DNA of 64,000 nt, taken from NCBI RefSeq assembly GCF_006345805.1, contig NC_043004.1:62992001-63056000 (forward strand), given 5' to 3'. This document shows, in pieces, positions 1 through 10,090 of the stretch; position 1 is the stretch's first letter; every line of letters begins with the position of its first letter. A program made the position numbers and the translations under genes. The stretch comes from Octopus sinensis (taxonomy: Eukaryota). The notes below the pieces were generated by a model. The model had not been told where the DNA came from and did no database searches. It saw only the letters and a list, made by a program, of their open reading frames with translations.

Positions 1-240
1 ATGGGGATGGCTTTGGTTTTCACGAGTCCCTCTTTTGTTTGGAGCTGTAGCACGGTTTGCCATTTATTCATAGAGTGCCCTATGAATTTTATAAGGGTTG
101 GTGCTACTTTGTTAATGGCTAGTGTTTTGAGGATCCATTTGTGGTGGATGCTATCAAACGCCTTTTTGTAGTCAATCCAGGCCATACTGAGGCCTTTCTT
201 CTTTCTGTGGCTGTCTTCAGTTATGGCTTTATTAATCATT
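1..240 (-). mobile_element. R4/Dong-type LINE, family A, RT fragment; 5'-truncated, continues off the window start
   Basis: Minus strand translates as MINKAITEDSHRKKKGLSMAWIDYKKAFDSIHHKWILKTLAINKVAPTLIKFIGHSMNKWQTVLQLQTKEGLVKTKAIP (RT domain, WIDYKKAFDS motif). Bases 1-150 are near-identical to 60608-60758. The truncation abuts the (ATT)n array. Confidence 0.9.
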
Positions 241-243
241 ATA

Positions 244-326
<83 letters not shown>

Positions 327-376
327 CATTATTATTATTATTATTATCATTATTATTATTATTATTATTATTATCA

Positions 377-449
<73 letters not shown>

Positions 450-461
450 CATTATTATTAA
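238..461. repeat. (ATT)n microsatellite separating two Dong-type LINEs
   Basis: Directly visible, with occasional ATC variants. Confidence 0.99.
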
Positions 462-3400
462 TAGTTCCATATACTCTCAACACGCTACACCAACTGGATA
501 CAAAAATCCTAACATCGGGTTACATGTAGATGCCAAGAACCCTCCTAAGTATCCTAGGTACCCCTAATAACACTGTTTTCTAGAGCTGTACTAAATTGGG
601 GTTTATGCCTATTTCCTTTATCCATCTGTTCAGTTCTCTAGGGGTAGTTCCCAGTTCCCCTATAACTATTGAGATACGTCTTTCCGCGCTTTCTATAGTC
701 TCTTAAACAAATAGCTAGGTTCTGGTACACTGCTATTTGTTTCTATACTTCTCATATACACTTTTCATCATTTATGACTGTAAAATCACTAATCTGACAT
801 TTTCTATTTTCTTTATCTACTACTACCAAATCAGTCCTTCTAGCTACTCTGTCCGTCTGAATTTTTAAGTCCCACAACAGCTTATATTTCTTATTCTCTA
901 GTACTTTCCTAGGTCCATGTTCACACCATCTATCAGAATGTTCAAATATTAGATTCCTTCATAGCTCCCAGTGGTTTACTAGATTGTCTATCTTGGTACT
1001 CCCTAATGTTTGATCTTGTGTAGTCACCAACAAACTTTATGTCTCCCTCTTCAGGTTTCCTTTCTTCAACCAGAAACATATGTCACTACTACTATTTTCT
1101 GCAACTATCTTTTTGAATCAACGATTGCTTTCTCCTGCCAGTCAGATAATTTCTGTTCTTTTCTCTGATTTTTAACTTCGTTTGGGTTTTTGGTTTCTTT
1201 ATGTCTTGCCGTCTCTAGTAGCTTTTAATATATTTACTTCACTATTACCTACATAGGATTATTTATCTACTCTAGTTAACACCACACAGTCTTCTACTGA
1301 TACTAACGTTCTTCTGCCTTTCTGTCCAGGTAGGTTTAATCTTGTTACTCATGTCCTTATGTGGAGCCTTCCATTCAAAATAAATTGCTCTCTAATTCTT
1401 CTGTCTATCTTTGCTAATTCAGTTTTTGTCCAATCTAAAATAGCTGCTGATTGCCTAAGTGATGATACTGCCCAAGTATTTACAGCCTTCACTAGATTCG
1501 CGCCATTTAGCTTTGACATCAGTAGCTTCCTCACCGTTATAATGTACTTCTCGAATTCCGTTTACACCTCTATAGTTAGTGCTCTGCCAGATTCTAACAC
1601 TCTTAGATACTTATACCTCTGTCCTTCTTTCAATAATACTAATGTCTGACCATCTAGTAATTAAATGCCTTGGCTGTTGACTACCTGTCCCCTTCTCATG
1701 ACTAATATTGCACATTTATCTATGACAAATTCCATGCCTACATCTTTTCTGAAGTGTCTTACCGTATGTATTAAGGAATCAATCATTTACCCATTCTTAC
1801 TAAAAAACATCAGATCATCTATGTAGAGAAATTTGTTAAATTTCCCCTTACTATTTCTGAACTGATACTCTCTCTTTGCCTTCCTTAATACTAAACTAAC
1901 GGGGATCAGACAAAAGACAAATATTAAAGGTGACAACGTATCGTCCAGGAAAATTTCTCTTTGGATATTCACTTCCCTTACCAGTGTGTCACCTGAATAG
2001 ATATCTACTTTCCATTTCCTCATACAATAGCTAGTTAATGCTGTCTACTATACTGAATCCATGAGTGTGTTATCATGTCATAGGTTTCCTATAATCTATC
2101 CATGTTTACAATCTATCCATGATTTTTCTTTCTAGATTTTAATTCATTTAGAACTGCTTTGTCCGTATATAATAGATCACGCGTTGCTCTAGCCTTCTTC
2201 CTGCAACCTTTCTGTTCCTCTGGCAGTAAGACCTGGTTGTCAAGGTGCTCGTAAATGATTCCTAAAAGCATTCCTGTTCACAGCTTCCACACCAATGTAA
2301 GCAAGTATTCTATCTAGAGTTGCTAGCACTTATCTTTCATGATGAGTATTGTCCTACCTCTATTCATCCAATCTGGTTATATTCCTCTATTAACGCAACT
2401 CTGAAGTTGTTTCCTCACACTCCCATGTAAACTACTAAATTTCTCTAGCCAGTAACCTTGAACTAACTCTGGTTCTAGGCCATTCGAATTCGGCAATGTT
2501 CCTAACACTTTACTCATTAATGCACTATTTAATTTTAGATCCAACTCCTTCTCTCTCACTACGTCTCCTCTCACTATTTCTCCCCTCACTTTTTTAACCG
2601 TACTGCATCTCCATTATGTTTGACTGGCTTATCCTAAATATTACTCCAGAACTTTCTAGCTTTTTCTACATTAGGTTTTTCATCTTCAGTACTTCTTCCT
2701 CCACAATACATATTTGGTTATAAATTCCCCTCCGGTCTGTCTGAAATAATATATTGTGTTGATACTGATCTATTCATTTGTGATACATCGGGAGCGTGCC
2801 TGCTTCTATTATCATCTCTTCTATTTTCCCAAATCCTTTCTTTTTGACTATGTATTTTTTCTCGAGAGAAGATTTGTACCTTGTGTTTCCTAACATGTTT
2901 AGATTCCAGGTTTCTATACTAGCCAAGTATTTTCTTAAAGTTCTCACTTTTTTGTGGTATCCTTTTCCTCATTTGTTCTTTTTTAAGATGTCTAATCGTC
3001 TGTGATTACTACCCCTCTTGCAGTAAAGTTAGTGTGTCCTATACTTTTAGTATCTATCCTACTGATAGCAGAATCTACTTTCCTAGTCATATCTAGGAGC
3101 CTCCTTCTGATTGTGCTGTTTAACGCTGGCGATCTTTCTCTACTTCTCTACTCATTACTTCATGCAACTATATATACGATGTTATGATCTTCCACGCGTA
3201 AATCACTTAGTTCGCTTGTGCCAATTGCCCTTCCTTATTGGTAACGCTATTGTTTCCTTTAGGTTCTTCTTTGGTTTGATCTGTATCTCTTACGTTGTTG
3301 TTTGTCTTTCCCACTGTCTGGTCTTTCTTTTCCAGTTCTCTTGTGACCTCTTCTACTTCCAATTTTCTCATCCATTTTCTTCTCCAAAAAAAAACATTAG

Positions 3401-3560
3401 CCTGATCAACTAATCACTGCTCGATCACTTTAAACACACCCCTCTCTACCCAAAGTGTAAACAACCGTTTTCTATAGCCCCTCTTTTGAGGTTCACTTTC
3501 GAAATAGCACTGCTTTACTATCCAGTTTTTTTCACTAGTCCACATCCTCCTCCATGATGC
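462..3560 (-). mobile_element. R4/Dong-type LINE, family C; degenerate, near full span
   Basis: Minus-strand fragments: N-terminal YRKRLFTLWVERGVFKVIEQ..DQA (~3480-3400), RT IFLDDTLSPLIFVFCLIP and LYIDDLMFF (1787-2023), thumb NLVKAVNTWAVSSLR (1349-1534), and C-terminus VIGELG...KTVLLGVPRILRRVL (~660-530). A short 3' UTR then runs into (TAA)n. Many stops and frameshifts. Confidence 0.85.
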
Positions 3561-4162
3561 TGCATTATAATAACAGCTAGGGTCAATGTGCATCTTTAGT
3601 GAACTATTGCCGAGCGACAGGACTTACATTAAAGGCCCAGCTTCATTTTCACGGTTACAACCATATTCTACGGTAACTCCTGTCTGTTATAGACTGAGTT
3701 AAGTAACGTTTGTCACCACTGTCATCACCACTATTACTTTTTGACATCTTAAGTTTCAAGTAACTTTTTTATTATATCATTTGTTGGACATTTGTACTGG
3801 TGGGATGGTGCGTGATCTATTTTTTATTATGGAACAGGATATTAAATTGCGTCTATGCTTTGTTATCGAGTTTGATTTTAGTCTTTTATTTATTAGTTTT
3901 TGTATTCTATGTTGTTTGTGCAGCGCAAGTTACGTTCTGTCAGATATTGTCTTTTCTATGACACGTGGGTTTTGCTCATTTTGTCAGGTATTTAGCGTAT
4001 GAGGTTTTTCATGCATGTATTGGAAGGGTTTTGCATAGTAGTATATATAATGCATAAATCAACTATTTCATACAGTCCTATATTTAAGAGATGAGGATTT
4101 ATGTGCATTATTTATATTATTTACCTTATTTACATTCATTTGTTCACATTTTGTGTATTGTT

Positions 4163-4208
4163 AACACAACGTTTCGGCCGATATACCATCCAGCCTTCTT
4201 CAGGTGTC
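4163..4208 (-). ncRNA. Minimal type I hammerhead ribozyme motif, core intact
   Basis: Reverse complement reads GACAC-CTGAAGA-A-GGCTG-gatggtatat-CGGCC-GAAAC-GTT-GTGTT. Helix I is GACAC/GTGTT, helix II is GGCTG/CGGCC, and helix III is the palindrome AACGTT. This is the layout known for Penelope pLTR hammerheads. Confidence 0.75.
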
Positions 4209-4343
4209 ATGGGAAATTTCGAAGCTGGGTTCTCATTCCTAAGGTATTTTTCGATGTTATTATTATTATTGCTGTTGTTGTTGTTGTTGTTATGGTGGTG
4301 GTGGTGGTTATTCAGGTCACTGCTTGGAATCGAACTCGGAATC

Positions 4344-4574
4344 ATATTTCTTTACTGCCCACAAGGGGCTACACACAGAGGGGAAAAAGGACAGACAAAC
4401 GAATTAAGTCGATTATATCGACCCCAGTGTGTAACTTGTACTTATTTCATCGACCCAGAAAGGATGAAAAGCAAAGTCGTCTTCGGGGTAATTTGAACTC
4501 AGAACGTAGCGGCGAACGAAATACCGCTAAGCATTTCGCCCGGTGTACTAACGTTTCTGCCAGCTAGCCACCCT
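4344..4574 (-). mobile_element. tRNA-derived SINE (family 3) inserted into the Penelope pLTR
   Basis: Box A-like TGGCAGAAACGTTAG and box B-like GAGTTCAAATT; body shared with many copies in the window. Flanked by a 14-bp TSD TCGAACTCGG(A/G)ATC at 4330-4343 and 4575-4588. Confidence 0.85.
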
Positions 4575-7047
4575 TCGAACTCGGGATCTTGGGGAAAGTA
4601 GCCCGCCCTCTTAACCACTACGTGGGAAATTATAGATTGAATTTTAGGGCTTATAAATCTAATATTTTTCTATCCTTCCTTAATACCGGTTCTCATATGC
4701 TGCTCATATATGCACTCGGTCTGCTTAGGAGGTTGTTGTGTCCTAGCATATGTGCTGCTTCTTTTAGTTTTCGTATTTTCCAGTGGTGTTTTCTGTCTAT
4801 TATTTTAACTGCCTCATATAGGGTGTAGATGGTCTCCATTTTTCCATACATCATGAGCTATACCCGATTTATCAATATCTCTCCGTATCACAGCTCTGCC
4901 CTTATTTTGAGGGGGTGCCGTGTTTTGCCTTTGTAAAACTTCCAACAGCTGCATGAGATGGAATACACGCAGTCTTTGGTCATATTCTCTTCTATTAGTG
5001 GTTTTACCCGAAGGAGATATTTGCAAAGTGTTGTATTACTTTTGAATACCGTCCTGATGTCATATGGACCGCATATCTTTTGTATCTTTTCGGAGAGGCC
5101 TTTCACATAGGCTAGACAGACTGTGGACAATTTATTGGCCTCATCCTCTCTCTTCATAATTGGAGTGGATAGTATACTTTTGGGGTAGTTGTTGCTTAAC
5201 AGATCGTTATTGAGCTTGAACATTTCTTCGTGGTATGTATCCTGATTACTACTTATATTCTTTGCACGATGTTTAAGGCACTGAGCAATCTCTCTCGTTA
5301 CACTTTATGGATGGTTGTGAATTGAAACTGAGGTATATTCCAGTAAAGGTCGGCTTGCGGTATACAGATGTGCTGAATCCATAGTTGGTGCGTGTTATTA
5401 ATACGTCCAGGAATGCAAGCTGATTGTCGTTTTCCTTTTCCATTGATGATGGCTTTATTGAGTTTACATGATGTAACATCCCTTGGGATTCTTCTTGGTG
5501 GGGCCAGAGTATAGAGATATCATCAACATATCGTGGCCACACTGCTGGATTTAGTGGTGTTGATCCTAAAGCCAAATTCCCGAAGTATTCCATGTATATA
5601 TTGGCTATTACCGGTGATAATGGCGAACCAATGGAGAAACCCTCCTCCTGTCGATATATATCAGTGTCCATACTGAAGTAGGTAGTTTCTACACAGAAGG
5701 TCAACATTTCCATCAAGTTTCTTATTGGTATACTAGTGCATTCTTTTAGATGGTTATCTGTCACTAGTTTTTTTTATCACCGACAGTGCTTCGCCATTTG
5801 GGATTTTGGTGACCAGGCTTATCACATCTAGGTTCAACATCTAGTTGATATTCAATGGGGGTATCGTTGATCAATTATATGAAGTGGATGGAATTCTTCA
5901 CGTACGGTGTTGACTTTCCTGCTAATAGACTGATTATATCTATAAGGAAGTGGCTCAGTGGATGACATGCTGAACCTCTACAGGTCACTATAGTTCTTAA
6001 CGGAATACCATCCTTGTGAATCTTAGGGAGACCATACTTGTGTGATAGTTTACTGTAGTGTTGAGTCAGTTGTCTGTACCTCATTAGTGTAAAGTGATCC
6101 TTGTTCTTGATCAAGATCTGTGACGACTTCTCTCTGTTTTCATGGTTGGGACTTTCTTTCCTTTGCTGTAGCTACCATCACTTATAATATTTGCCAATTT
6201 TTCAGAGTAGTCAGACTTGTTCATCACCACTGTAGTATTCCCCTTGTCTGCTGGAAGTATTATGATGGAATTGTCACTCTGTTGTCTTTCGATAGTGATC
6301 TTTTCCTTCTTAGTGATGTTTGGTTTAGGAAGTTTTGCTTTTTCTAGTACCTGTCTCACTTTCCATCTTAGTTCATCTCCCTTAGCTTTTGGTATTTTTA
6401 TGGCTATCTCTTCAATAGGGGCTATTATGTCCAAGTATGGAATACGCTTGATGGTTGTCGCAAAGTTGAGACCTTTGTTCAGTACTGCTTCTTCGGAGCT
6501 TTCTAGGTGTCGGCTACTTACATTAATTTCTGCTTTCACAGGTGGGTAACGGATTTCATTCCCTGACCTTTGAGTTTCAGAAACTTCTTAATCTGGCGTG
6601 TCTTCACTATTTCAAATCCTTTCACATACGACTTTTCTAGATCTTGTTGGATTCTCTTTCTATCATCATTTCTAGTTATTTAACTAAGTAATGAAGATAA
6701 CCTCTCTTTGACTTTGTTATTTAATTGATGTTTTTTCCAACGGTTGTAATGGATCTTCTCATAGACAAGGGCATGTCTTGCCCTTTCTGCTACTCTTTTA
6801 GCTTCATGTGAATCGACTGGTGTCACTATATTCAAGCCAGGTGGTATTAGTTTTGAGACTCTACATCTACATAAGAAAGTTAAATGGTTTGAAAGACGAG
6901 CTTGCTTTTGATGGAGTTTCTCTATATGTCCCCATTGAAGTCTAATATCAGCTCCGTACGGATTAGATAATACAGTTCTATATTTAAGAGACGGGGAATT
7001 ACATTATTTAGATTCAGCGGATATTTGTCCTCATCTTGATTATTGTT

Positions 7048-7093
7048 AACAAAACGTTTCCGCTGATATACCCTCCAGCCTTCTTCAGGTGTC
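7048..7093 (-). ncRNA. Hammerhead motif in second pLTR copy; helices partly degenerate
   Basis: Reverse complement reads GACAC-CTGAAGA-A-GGCTG-gagggtatat-CAGCG-GAAAC-GTT-TTGTT. Confidence 0.6.
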
Positions 7094-7698
7094 TTGGGGA
7101 ACTTTCAAAGCTGATTTTCATTCCTAAGGTATTTTTCGATGTTGTTATTATTATTATTGCTGTTGTTATTATTTTTTATATATTTTTATTATCATTGATC
7201 AGGTCCCTGCTTGGAATCGAATTCGGAATCTTGTGGTTAGTAGCCCGCTCTCTTAACTACTGCGCCATATGCCCACGGGCATATGGCATAGTGGTTATAT
7301 AATCGAGTATAGCTGATCATGTATGGAAAAATGGAGACCACGTCTCCCTGTGGGATGAAGTTAAAATAATAGACAGAGAACACCACTGGAAAATACGAAA
7401 ACTAAAGAAGCCGCACATATACTAGGACACAACAACCACCTAAGCAGACCGAGTGCATATATGAACAGCATATGAGAACCGCTATTAAGGAAGGATAGAA
7501 AAATATTATATTTATAAGCCCTAAAATTCACTCCATAATTGCCCATGGACATGTGCATTAGTGGTTAAGAGCGCGAAATACTAACCCTAAGATTCCGAGT
7601 TCGGTTCCAAGCAGTGACCTGAACAACAATAATAAGAAGAACAACAGCAACATCGAAAATACCTTAAGAATGACAACCCAGGTTCGAAATTTCGCCAA

Positions 7699-7742
7699 GA
7701 CACCTGATGAAGGCTGGAGGGTATATCAGCTGAAAAGTTGTT
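7699..7742 (+). ncRNA. Hammerhead motif in the inverted pLTR; degenerate
   Basis: GACAC-CTGATGA-A-GGCTG-gagggtatat-CAGCT-GAAAA-GTT-GTT. GAAAC is changed to GAAAA and 2 nt are lost from helix I. Confidence 0.55.
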
Positions 7743-8362
7743 AACAATAAACAAGATGGGGACAAATATCCGTTGAATGTAAATATTTTATAGTATTTAT
7801 GGTTATCTGTTCGCGTTCTTTCTCTTTTGGTTGGTATTGTTATAGGTTCCGGTTTTTAGCGATTATTATATTTTTTTTAATAGAACGCCACCTATGGACA
7901 TTTGTTGATGTTTCTTTCATCGTTATAATTATAATTAATATTGATGTATCAGCGAGAGACCGAGAAGACACAGCAATGAGCATATATAGAGGGGTATTAT
8001 ATAAATATGGATGTGTAATTAAAAGTATAATTTTTGAAATTTAACTCACAGGTTTGCAGTATAGAAATGTTTTTACATTTTTACGCAAATGTTGCTGCAA
8101 TGGTTTATGTGATGGAAGCTATTTTTTGTGTATATATACTCCATACGAGAAAAAAACTTTAAGTATCATGAGATGGCTTAGATTTAGACATAGTTTTCTT
8201 TCATTGTTGTTGCGGATTCTTCTTTTCTGCTTCGTCATGATTTCGTAATTTGATCTTCCCAGCAGCTCATTGACTTACATCCATGCTATTTGTTATTTGC
8301 TGCAGCAGTATACTATTATCATCATCATCATCCTCATCATCATCATCACTATTACTATTATT

Positions 8363-8570
8363 AAGGCGCCCAGCTGGCCGAGTCGTCAGCAGGCCGGGCA
8401 AAATGTTTAATGGCATTTTTCCGGCATTGCCGTCTGAGTCGAGGTCGACTTTGCCTTTCATCATTTCGAGGTCGATTAAATAAGTATCAACCACGCACTG
8501 GGATCGACGTAATTGTCCGTTCTCCTCCCCCGAATTTCCAGGAATTGTGACTATTAAAGAAAGCATTATA
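8363..8570 (+). mobile_element. SINE family 3, degenerate copy
   Basis: Head AGGCG..AGCTGGCCGAGTCGTCAGC and body GAGGTCGACTTTGCCTTTCATC...CACTGGGATCGA match the other copies. Confidence 0.7.
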
Positions 8571-8581
8571 ATATTATTATA

Positions 8582-8715
8582 CGGGCGAAGTGCTCAGCGG
8601 TATTTCGTCTAGCTCTACGTTCTGAGTTCAAATTCCACCGGGCCAACTTTGCCTTTCATCATTTCGGGGTCGATAAATTAATTTCAAACCTTCTGCCTAT
8701 AATAGAAAGGATTAT
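8582..8715 (+). mobile_element. SINE family 3, partial copy ending in an (ATT)n tail
   Basis: GTTCTGAGTTCAAATTCC box B, shared body, and 3' end GCCTATAATAGAAAGGATTATCATTATT. Confidence 0.75.
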
Positions 8716-8785
8716 CATTATTATTATTGTTGTTGTTGTTATTAATATTGTTGTTATTGTTATTGATGATGCGGTTGCTGTCGTT

Positions 8786-9860
8786 ATATGTGAGAGTTTT
8801 GCTTTATGTTTGTACAAGTTGACTCCAAGTCTCGCCCAGAGACCTCAAGAGACAAGACGTTAGATGCTGAAGCTGGTATCATGACTAGGGTACCATATAT
8901 TTGGTTTTACACAAATAATTGCTTTAGAGAATGTTCAAGAAAACATAAGAGTATTATAAGTTTGAGAAGTTGAGATTAAATACATAGTATTTACATAGGA
9001 TATGGGCAGTTCCCGTGAGCACTATTTCAGTTTCTGCCATTTTTGGATGTCCTAGTATCTGACCCAGGTAGCAATCAGCACCTTTTGCTATCATTCTTAG
9101 GGCACCCATGATAACATGTATGGTTTTAATTTAGAGGTTCACCTGCCTTGATGTTTATGATTGGTTCAGCGTGGATTTCACTTGGCTTATCAGTTACATT
9201 GACCCTCTCTCTCATTACTGCATTTTTATCAAACATGGGTCTGTCTGAAATTATTTCCTCAGTGGTATGTTCTTTTGATACAACTTCATTCATTTTATTC
9301 CTTACTGATTTTTCTTTTAATTTGGTCAATTTCTATTTCAATTACTAGTTTGTTTTTCATAATTTTTTTCGGACGTTGGCAAGTTTGTTATTATCTATGT
9401 AGGATCTTACTTCATGGTGATTTGATAATCTCTCCAGTTTAGCTAGGTTTGTTCAGTATTACATTTATTAGTGGGGAAATATATGGCACAATAGAAGGCC
9501 TTAAGAACTTCATTATTATCTTCCTATGACCATTTTTGTTTTCGATAATTTGTTGACGAGCGCGGATAGACATCTTTTGGAATATTCCGGTTGTTTGTTA
9601 CGTCCAGATCCTGTGTTTCGGAAAGATTTGACACTAAAGCTCAGCCTTGTTCTTCTCTGGGTGAGTGGCCCTTGTTGAACTGGGGGACCGTTCCGGTGTG
9701 TATTTTGCTTTGTTATCATTATCACATGACGAGCTTGGATGTTGACATTAGGAGACGGAACTGTCGGTTGACGGTTAATCTTTTGAGACAACAGCAGCTC
9801 CTGTTCTATGAATGAAAACATTGCTCGTAACGTAGTTTCTCAAGGCGAACAAATCTGTAC
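8786..9860 (-). mobile_element. Dong-type family B relative with a ~2.9-kb internal deletion; both ends retained
   Basis: 8786-9140 aligns to the 3' UTR and C-terminus of the full copy (54770-55140). 9135-9860 aligns to its 5' part (58015-58730). RT is absent. Confidence 0.8.
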
Positions 9861-9948
9861 CTTCTTCTTCTTCTTCTTCTTCTTCTTCTTCTTCTTCTTC
9901 TTCTTCTTCTTCTTCTTCTTCTTCTTCTTCTTCTTCTCTTCTTCTTCT
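9861..9948. repeat. (CTT)n microsatellite
   Basis: Directly visible. Confidence 0.98.
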
Positions 9949-10019
9949 GGTGGGTTGTATTAGTGTTTCGGTGTCTTCATCAGCTCACAGGACCGTGCAG
10001 CGAAGCACACGTCCAGCCG

Positions 10020-10089
<70 letters not shown>
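10020..10089. repeat. (ATT)n microsatellite, left flank of the DNA transposon
   Basis: Directly visible. Confidence 0.99.

Positions 10090-10090
<1 letters not shown>

Larger units (their letters stand above)
4071..7790 (-). mobile_element. Penelope-like retroelement (Penelope/Poseidon type), degenerate, with direct and inverted terminal repeats (pLTRs)
   Basis: Minus-strand ORF pieces: AVLNKGLNFA (6539-6111), KLYGLPKIHK-like (6114-5875), RT GSPLSPVIANIYME / RYVDDI / LAFLDVLI (5764-5273), and GIY-YIG DCVYSISCSCWKFYKGKT (5223-4888). Terminal repeat occurs at ~4071-4620 and ~6970-7290 (direct) and ~7300-7790 (inverted). Confidence 0.9.

Noticed and set aside
141-567. Homopolymeric ORFs (poly-Y, poly-I, poly-N, poly-L) here and at similar arrays
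   Set aside because: They are translations of trinucleotide and dinucleotide microsatellites, not genes.
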